A program made the position numbers and the translations under genes. Shown in pieces: positions 58,222 to 64,000 of a stretch of DNA of 64,000 bases; the first letter of the stretch is position 1; each line of letters opens with the position of its first letter. Source of the DNA: an uncultured Lentisphaeraceae bacterium (lineage in GTDB: Bacteria; Verrucomicrobiota; Kiritimatiellia; RFP12; DVOR01). The stretch covers positions 1,695 through 65,694 of the forward strand of contig CALBHX010000032.1 in assembly GCA_937892925.1 (NCBI GenBank), read 5' to 3'. A model generated the notes under the pieces. The model was not told the origin of the DNA. It saw only the letters and a program-made list of their open reading frames with translations, and did not search any database.

Positions 58222-58980
58222 TTATTGCCCCGTGTACAACCGATTGATCAGCCGTTCCGGAAGCCCGGCCGCTTCAATCCGATGAACCGCAGCCTCAATA
58301 TCGTAATCCACACGGCGAAACTCTACCGAAAGATTCGCCAACCCCTCCATGGAAAAAATCACATAGCAGGCCTTCGGATTTCCATCTCGCGGCTGCCCTA
58401 CAGAGCCCACATTGATGAAGTAATTTCCCTGCTCAAGGGCTCCATTCAATGGCCCCGTCTGCACCACCGCATTACGATCCCCCCCAGGCAGCCGTCTGAA
58501 CATACAAGGCACGTGCGTATGCCCGTGAAAACATACCCGCGTACGCTGACAATTGAAACTGTCAGCGGCATCCAACCGATCAAACGCATACCGAAAATGC
58601 TCGGGACTATCCAACGTAGAATGCACCAAAGTAAAGCCCCTCACAACTGCCGTCAAAGGGAGTTCCCGCAGCCAACGAATATCATCTTCGCTCAAATTCC
58701 GGCGCGTCCATTCTATCACGCTAGCGGCATTAGGCTGAAAGTCATCCAAATTAACAGAGAAATCAGAACAATAGTGATCGTGATTACCTTTTACGACCTT
58801 ACACCCCAACTCACGAATTCGACGGATACACTCAGCCGGAGCAGCATTATACCCCACCACATCACCCAGACACACAAAATCGTCCACGCCTTCGCACTGT
58901 GCATCAGCAATTACTGCATCCAACGCCTCAATGTTGGCATGAATGTCGCTGATAATGGCATAACGCGTTACTCGTGGCAT
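58222..58980 (-). CDS. Calcineurin-like metallophosphoesterase
   Basis: YAIISDIHAN...GDVVGYNAAP...GNHD... metallophosphatase motifs I-III. ATG 58980 lies 14 bp after ispD. Confidence 0.65.
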   Translation of the reverse strand: MPRVTRYAIISDIHANIEALDAVIADAQCEGVDDFVCLGDVVGYNAAPAECIRRIRELGCKVVKGNHDHYCSDFSVNLDDFQPNAASVIEWTRRNLSEDDIRWLRELPLTAVVRGFTLVHSTLDSPEHFRYAFDRLDAADSFNCQRTRVCFHGHTHVPCMFRRLPGGDRNAVVQTGPLNGALEQGNYFINVGSVGQPRDGNPKACYVIFSMEGLANLSVEFRRVDYDIEAAVHRIEAAGLPERLINRLYTGQ

Positions 58981-58994
58981 ACAAGTTCCCCTTT

Positions 58995-59687
58995 TCAATT
59001 CAAACGAAGAATTGCTGCGGCGAGGGTCAAATCCATAGGCGTGGTAATTTTTGGATTGGGGCTCTCCCACTTAACCAATCTAGACGGGATACCCGCCGCC
59101 TCCAAAACTGCAGAGTCATCCGTAAAGAGCGCCTTCTTGTCCAGAGCAAACTGCCGATAGGCTGTCTGTAATGATTCCGTCAGGAATGCCTGCGGCGTCT
59201 GAACAGCCCACAATGATGAACGTTCCAGTGTTGATTTCGTCATCATCCCGGAACCGACAGTTTTCACCGTATCCACCACAGGACTGGCAACCACACCACT
59301 TCCATAACGCCGGGCACTCCGAATCACTTCCTGAATCAACTCCGGCGTAACACATGGGCGGGCAGCATCATGAATCACCACATAACGCGACTCCACGGGA
59401 TTAAGCGTTTTCAACGCCGCCCATACCGAATCCTGTCGGCGCGAGCCCCCCACAAGAATTTGCTTTATCTTGTTTAGTCCAAATATCCTCTGAATACCTC
59501 CAGCAGCGGTTACCTGATCTTTTCGAACCACGAGAATAACCTCTTCAACATCTGCACACGCCTCAAACGCCAATAACGACCACGCCACCACTGGACGTGC
59601 ACCCAAGGAGAGAAAACACTTATCTAACGCATTACCCATACGCGTGCTTTTACCGGATGCGAGCACAATGGCGGTAGTTTTGACCAT
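58995..59687 (-). CDS. ispD: 2-C-methyl-D-erythritol 4-phosphate cytidylyltransferase
   Basis: MVKTTAIVLASGKSTRMG N-terminal nucleotide-binding loop and the IspD fold, ~230 aa. Confidence 0.8.
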   Translation of the reverse strand: MVKTTAIVLASGKSTRMGNALDKCFLSLGARPVVAWSLLAFEACADVEEVILVVRKDQVTAAGGIQRIFGLNKIKQILVGGSRRQDSVWAALKTLNPVESRYVVIHDAARPCVTPELIQEVIRSARRYGSGVVASPVVDTVKTVGSGMMTKSTLERSSLWAVQTPQAFLTESLQTAYRQFALDKKALFTDDSAVLEAAGIPSRLVKWESPNPKITTPMDLTLAAAILRLN

Positions 59688-59745
59688 GGAGTCTCCTTGT
59701 GCGTGTCTCATTGTACGTGTGGTCGAATCAAATCTCCGCAGGCAT

Positions 59746-61770
59746 CTATACCTTCCCTAGCGGAGGTTCTCTACGCAGCACCAAAGCCGTACGCGCAGGG
59801 ATATAAAGCCGAATGGCGAAGCATATCTCATTCGCACGCGCAATGGTTGTCTGCGGATAAACCTGCTTCTGCTGAATCCGCCCGAACCCGCCAAACACCT
59901 CTGCATCCGTGTCGAACGCGTGCGTATAGGTGCCCGGCGGCACAATCAGCGGATAATCCGAAAAGGAATGTTCCCCATTGAAATTGAAGACAAAAAGTAA
60001 ATCCCCCCGCAAAAAAGCAAGCAGCTTGTCGTCATCATTCGCATAAATCCGACGCGGCACCGTTCCTTCCAAAGCCTTCTCCCGCACCACCGTGTGCAGC
60101 ATGACCTCGTCAAAATCCCCCAATCCCTTAAATCGCAATGCAGGATTATCGCGAAGCGACCATTGCCGCCGTGCATAATGATAACTATTCCCATTCCCCT
60201 CTCGCGGGAAATCAATCCATTCCGGATGCCCAAACTCATTCCCCATAAAGTTCAGATAGGCACAGCAACAGCCCAGAGTAGCCAGGCGTGCCATTTTGTG
60301 GAGCGCGAGCCCACGGTCAACATAGAGATTGTCTGAGCCAATATGCATGGCCTCATACATCTCCTTGTCAATCATTTGGAAAATGAAAGTCTTGCCTCCC
60401 ACAAGCGCTTGGTCATGAGATTCCACATAACTCACAGTACGCTCATCCGCACGTCTGCTGGTAATTTCATGCCACAAAAACCCGACCGACCAATCTTCAT
60501 CGCGAATATCACGCACAAGCTTAAACCAACATTCCGGCACCCCCATGGCCATTCGATAATCAAACCCGATGCCCTTCTCTGTAACTGGCGCCCCGATTCC
60601 CGGCATCCCACTGACATCTTCTGCAATCGTCAGAGCATCTGGACGAACCGTATGAATGACCTCGTTAGCAAGCGTCAGGTAAGCTTGTGCATCCTCATCC
60701 ACAGAATTGTCAAAATACATGCCATAGTTGGAGAAATCTACCCCAAGTCCATGATGGAGATAGAGCATAGACGTAACCCCGTCAAAACGGAATCCGTCAA
60801 AATGAAACTCATCTAACCAGAATCGACAATTAGAGAGCAGAAAATGCAAAACATCCGTCTTACCATAATTGAAGCAACGAGAATCCCACGCGTCATGCCA
60901 TCCGCGCGATCCTTCATGGAAATACTGATATTCCGTGCCATCAAAACGGGAAAGTCCATCCCGTTCATTTTTCACTGCGTGAGAATGGACAATATCCATA
61001 ATCACTGCAATGCCCATGCCATGTGCCGTGTCAATCAATGCCTTCAAGTCTTCAGGCGTGCCAAACCGAGAACTCGCAGCAAAAAAACTCGAAACATGAT
61101 ACCCAAAGCTCCCGTAATACGGATGCTCCATAATACCCATAAGTTGCAGCGTATTATACCCCGCCTTTTGAATTCGCGGCAGGATATTTGCCGTGAACTC
61201 AGCATACGTCCCAATTCCCTCCCGTTCCTGCGCCATGCCGATATGCGCTTCATAAATCAATGGCGCACAATCCGGGCGAACAAAGGCATACCGCCAAACA
61301 TAAGGCTCCGGCTGCCACACCTGCGCAGCGAAGAGGCCGGTCTTCGCATCCTGCACCACACGGCGGGCATAGGCCGGAATACGTTCCCCGTGCCCCCCAG
61401 CCCATCGAACTTCCAGACGAAAGAACTGCCCATGAACGATCGCCGATTTGGCTCCTCTCCATTCAAAGACTTCCCTACCCGGCAGCCGTTCCGCTCGATA
61501 GGCCGGGTCGAGCTTCCAACCCGAGAAGTCGCCCACCAACCATATCTCTGTAGCATTCGGAGCCCATTCACGGAACACCCACCCGTCTTTAACCCGATGC
61601 AGACCATAATATTCATGTCCGCTGGCAAACGCCGCCAGTGCAGGCAGGGAAGCCTCCCCGCCCGTAAGACGAAGGGCTGTTTCCTGTGCATAACGCGCCC
61701 GACGATCAATCACATCGGCATAGGGCGCCAACCAAGGATCATCCGCAAGATGGGCACGCGGAGCCGGCAT
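59746..61770 (-). CDS. glgB: 1,4-alpha-glucan branching enzyme (GH13)
   Basis: GH13 catalytic regions ...GFRFDGVTSMLY..., ...TIAEDVSGMPG..., ...YVESHDQALVG.... 674 aa. Confidence 0.8.
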   Translation of the reverse strand: MPAPRAHLADDPWLAPYADVIDRRARYAQETALRLTGGEASLPALAAFASGHEYYGLHRVKDGWVFREWAPNATEIWLVGDFSGWKLDPAYRAERLPGREVFEWRGAKSAIVHGQFFRLEVRWAGGHGERIPAYARRVVQDAKTGLFAAQVWQPEPYVWRYAFVRPDCAPLIYEAHIGMAQEREGIGTYAEFTANILPRIQKAGYNTLQLMGIMEHPYYGSFGYHVSSFFAASSRFGTPEDLKALIDTAHGMGIAVIMDIVHSHAVKNERDGLSRFDGTEYQYFHEGSRGWHDAWDSRCFNYGKTDVLHFLLSNCRFWLDEFHFDGFRFDGVTSMLYLHHGLGVDFSNYGMYFDNSVDEDAQAYLTLANEVIHTVRPDALTIAEDVSGMPGIGAPVTEKGIGFDYRMAMGVPECWFKLVRDIRDEDWSVGFLWHEITSRRADERTVSYVESHDQALVGGKTFIFQMIDKEMYEAMHIGSDNLYVDRGLALHKMARLATLGCCCAYLNFMGNEFGHPEWIDFPREGNGNSYHYARRQWSLRDNPALRFKGLGDFDEVMLHTVVREKALEGTVPRRIYANDDDKLLAFLRGDLLFVFNFNGEHSFSDYPLIVPPGTYTHAFDTDAEVFGGFGRIQQKQVYPQTTIARANEICFAIRLYIPARTALVLRREPPLGKV

Positions 61771-63341
61771 CAGTTAACTCCCTCTCGATACGGGTTCTGA
61801 TTACCTGCCTCGCCATCAAAGAGTTCCGTAAGCGGCCGCTGCAACATCGCTTCATAAATCTTGATATACTCCGCCGCACACGTCTCATGATTGAACCGTT
61901 TCTTAGATTCACGCATGATGCGCGCAACCTGTGCTTCACGAACATCGGTGGGCAAACGGTAAAAATCCATCGCACGGTCAATTGCCCACGACAATCCCTG
62001 GCTGTCGTAATACTTAAACGGAAACCCATTCCCCACATTCTTGGCCACGTCAAGCATTTCAACTGTGTCGTGCAGCCCACCCGTATCATGTGCAATCGTA
62101 AGCGACCCATAAATAGGGGCAACCATTTGCGGCAACCCGCACGGCTCGAAAAGAGACGGCATCAGCGTAAAGTCACTGGAAGCATACCCCAAACGCGAAA
62201 TATGCTCATCAAAGTCGCACACTGCAAGCCGCCCATACAAATTATGGAATCCAAGAATATCGCGAAAAGCCTGCTGATAGGGGCCATTCGCCACCACCGC
62301 AAACTGGATATTCTCGTCTCGATACTTCTCCAACGTCCGGTACAAAATGTCCGTCAAAAGCTGAGGACCTTTCTGAACAGGATCCAGTCGGCTTGGCCAG
62401 AAAAACAACGGAGCATCCGGATTTTTGAAAAGGCCGACCTTTTCCTGAAACTGCATCTTATTTGAAATCTTGGCTGCGTGATGTGTCTGCGGCCCATAAT
62501 TAACCTTCAAATTAGGGTCTGTCTCCGGATTATAACTATCATCCGGGGCGTTCAGGATCCCCCGGGCACAACCCGCATTATACTTGGCAATAACCTCACT
62601 GCGAAACTGTGCCGGAATAAAATCAAACCAACCCCGTACAATTTCTTCCAGAAACGTGGGGGAAACAGAGTTAATAAAGTGCGAAGCAAAGACACCAGAC
62701 GTCAAGAAGTCAACCGGATTTGTCTCTCGACTCTCAAAATAATCATGCGGAGGACGCGAGTAATAGAGATTTTTCCAAAACTCCGCCGCATCAATACCGG
62801 CATACTCAATCTCACTTAGACAACGATGCACCGTATGAATATTGTGAATGGTAAAAAGACAAGGAATACCCAAGCGTCGTGCTGCAGCAGGGATAAGCCC
62901 TGTCATCCAGTCATTACAATGAATCAAGTCCGGCTGAACGGTTGGAATGATGTTGTTGATAACCTCTCGTTGGAAAGCCAATGCCAAATGCGGATTTTCA
63001 TCACCCTGTGAATAAACCGTTTCGCGATAGTAGAAACAGCGATCCTCGGCCAAATGAATCCGTGAATCAGGCAAATGTGCCTGATATTTTCGCAACTCAT
63101 CGCTGATCAGCCGCCCCACGTCCACATGAAACATCCGCCGATAATGCGGCAGCGCCACGTGAACATCCGCCCCAAGCTGGAAAAGACGAGAAACCAAGCT
63201 TGCAGACACATCCGCCAACCCACCAGCCTTCGCCGTCAGCTTATCCGCCATATTGCCCATTCCGGCCGGGAGATAAGTAATCTCAGGAGTTACCACTAAG
63301 ATACGCGGTTTCCGTTGACCAACCTGCTTCATTTTCGCCAT
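61770..63341 (-). CDS. glgA: Glycogen synthase (GT5, ADP-glucose type)
   Basis: N-terminal …PEITYLPAGMGNMADKLTAKAGGLADVSASL… (KxGGL motif) and a GT-B C-terminal domain. 1-nt overlap with glgB. Confidence 0.8.
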   Translation of the reverse strand: MAKMKQVGQRKPRILVVTPEITYLPAGMGNMADKLTAKAGGLADVSASLVSRLFQLGADVHVALPHYRRMFHVDVGRLISDELRKYQAHLPDSRIHLAEDRCFYYRETVYSQGDENPHLALAFQREVINNIIPTVQPDLIHCNDWMTGLIPAAARRLGIPCLFTIHNIHTVHRCLSEIEYAGIDAAEFWKNLYYSRPPHDYFESRETNPVDFLTSGVFASHFINSVSPTFLEEIVRGWFDFIPAQFRSEVIAKYNAGCARGILNAPDDSYNPETDPNLKVNYGPQTHHAAKISNKMQFQEKVGLFKNPDAPLFFWPSRLDPVQKGPQLLTDILYRTLEKYRDENIQFAVVANGPYQQAFRDILGFHNLYGRLAVCDFDEHISRLGYASSDFTLMPSLFEPCGLPQMVAPIYGSLTIAHDTGGLHDTVEMLDVAKNVGNGFPFKYYDSQGLSWAIDRAMDFYRLPTDVREAQVARIMRESKKRFNHETCAAEYIKIYEAMLQRPLTELFDGEAGNQNPYREGVN

Positions 63342-63362
63342 CTCTTTTACCCTCTCATCCTC

Positions 63363-63812
63363 TTATTTTTTTTCATCCTCCGGCTTCCGTTGCGAAGCCG
63401 GAGCCAAAGCCTGCCGCAAAGCCCCCAAGCGCGCCTCATTAGCCTCGGCCAAAGCCTGGATCTCTCGAATCTCCGGAGCTTTCAGTGCTGCCTCCGCGAG
63501 CTGTACATCCAACGCACGCAATTGCGCCACCAAAGCTTTCCGCTGTACACGCAGACGCTCCATCTCATCTGTTGTCAACGAGCCTGTACGCACCAACTCC
63601 TGCTGTTCACGCTCCAATCGCAAACTATAATCCTGACGCATCAGATATTCCGTTTGTAATCGGCGCCGCGGCAACGTCTCCCGCCCAACACGCTCAGCAA
63701 TGGCTGCTTCCTGTTTGACGGCGAACGCCGCCACTGGAGAAAGTGCTTCCGCGGATACACTACCCGCCAACCACGCCAGCGCCCACATCATCCATGGCCT
63801 CATTGTTTTCAT
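63363..63812 (-). CDS. Hypothetical periplasmic coiled-coil protein (Skp/OmpH-like composition)
   Basis: Signal peptide MKTMRPWMMWALAWLAGSVSA, then ~120 aa of Arg/Glu/Leu/Ala-rich coiled coil. Confidence 0.35.
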   Translation of the reverse strand: MKTMRPWMMWALAWLAGSVSAEALSPVAAFAVKQEAAIAERVGRETLPRRRLQTEYLMRQDYSLRLEREQQELVRTGSLTTDEMERLRVQRKALVAQLRALDVQLAEAALKAPEIREIQALAEANEARLGALRQALAPASQRKPEDEKK

Positions 63813-64000
63813 CCCGCGTACCACGTTTTAATGCATCCCATGATTCAACTGTCTAAAGTATGCGACAAGGCAAGCAAAAAAGCAAGTCTTTTTCGTGTAA
63901 AGCGCAAAAATAATACATTTTCAAAATATACACGACCCCCATCTCCACGCCGTCTCCCCCGTTTCGCGTGTACCTACCACCGCAACCACAAACGTTCCAG

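Noticed and set aside
1-64000. CRISPR arrays, rRNA or tRNA genes, IS elements
   Set aside because: I found no regularly spaced direct repeats and no transposase-like ORFs. I saw no tRNA-like T-arm/acceptor pattern (GGTTCGAATCC...CCA) outside tmRNA. Intergenic gaps are short apart from those already discussed.

Overview
This 64 kb window reads as ordinary core chromosome from a diderm bacterium. GC content is moderate to high (about 55%). Genes are densely packed and often translationally coupled. I see no transposase, integrase, CRISPR array or rRNA.

Recognisable housekeeping genes include bamA (3' end), skp-like, hisI, hemW, scpB, lepA, recA, ruvC, alaS, yebC, lepB, glf, bioA, def, serS, dinG-like, infC, thrS, ssrA (tmRNA, minus strand), ispD, glgB and glgA. 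There is also a fused murC-murB gene.

The most system-like stretch is a reduced Tad/Flp-type secretion-ATPase locus at about 13.4-19.8 kb. It has cpaB, an FHA-fused cpaF, tadB and tadC, with membrane proteins of unknown function on both sides. No secretin, pilin, prepilin peptidase or TadZ is visible in the window.

Other points worth a second look:
- a cation/H+ antiporter fused to a PTS-EIIA(Ntr)-type domain, coupled to a secreted coiled-coil protein and a DedA-family protein;
- a tight HD-phosphohydrolase / DRGH-nuclease / RuvC / amidase operon;
- a short AlaRS with no C-Ala domain and a Cys-rich insert;
- an orphan TPP-enzyme C-terminal fragment coupled to murC-murB;
- tmRNA sitting between two strand-biased non-coding stretches of about 0.5 kb;
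- duplicated GC hairpins in the speA leader.

I did not find a clear novel defence or mobile system. All calls come from reading the translations and sequence motifs, with no database searches.
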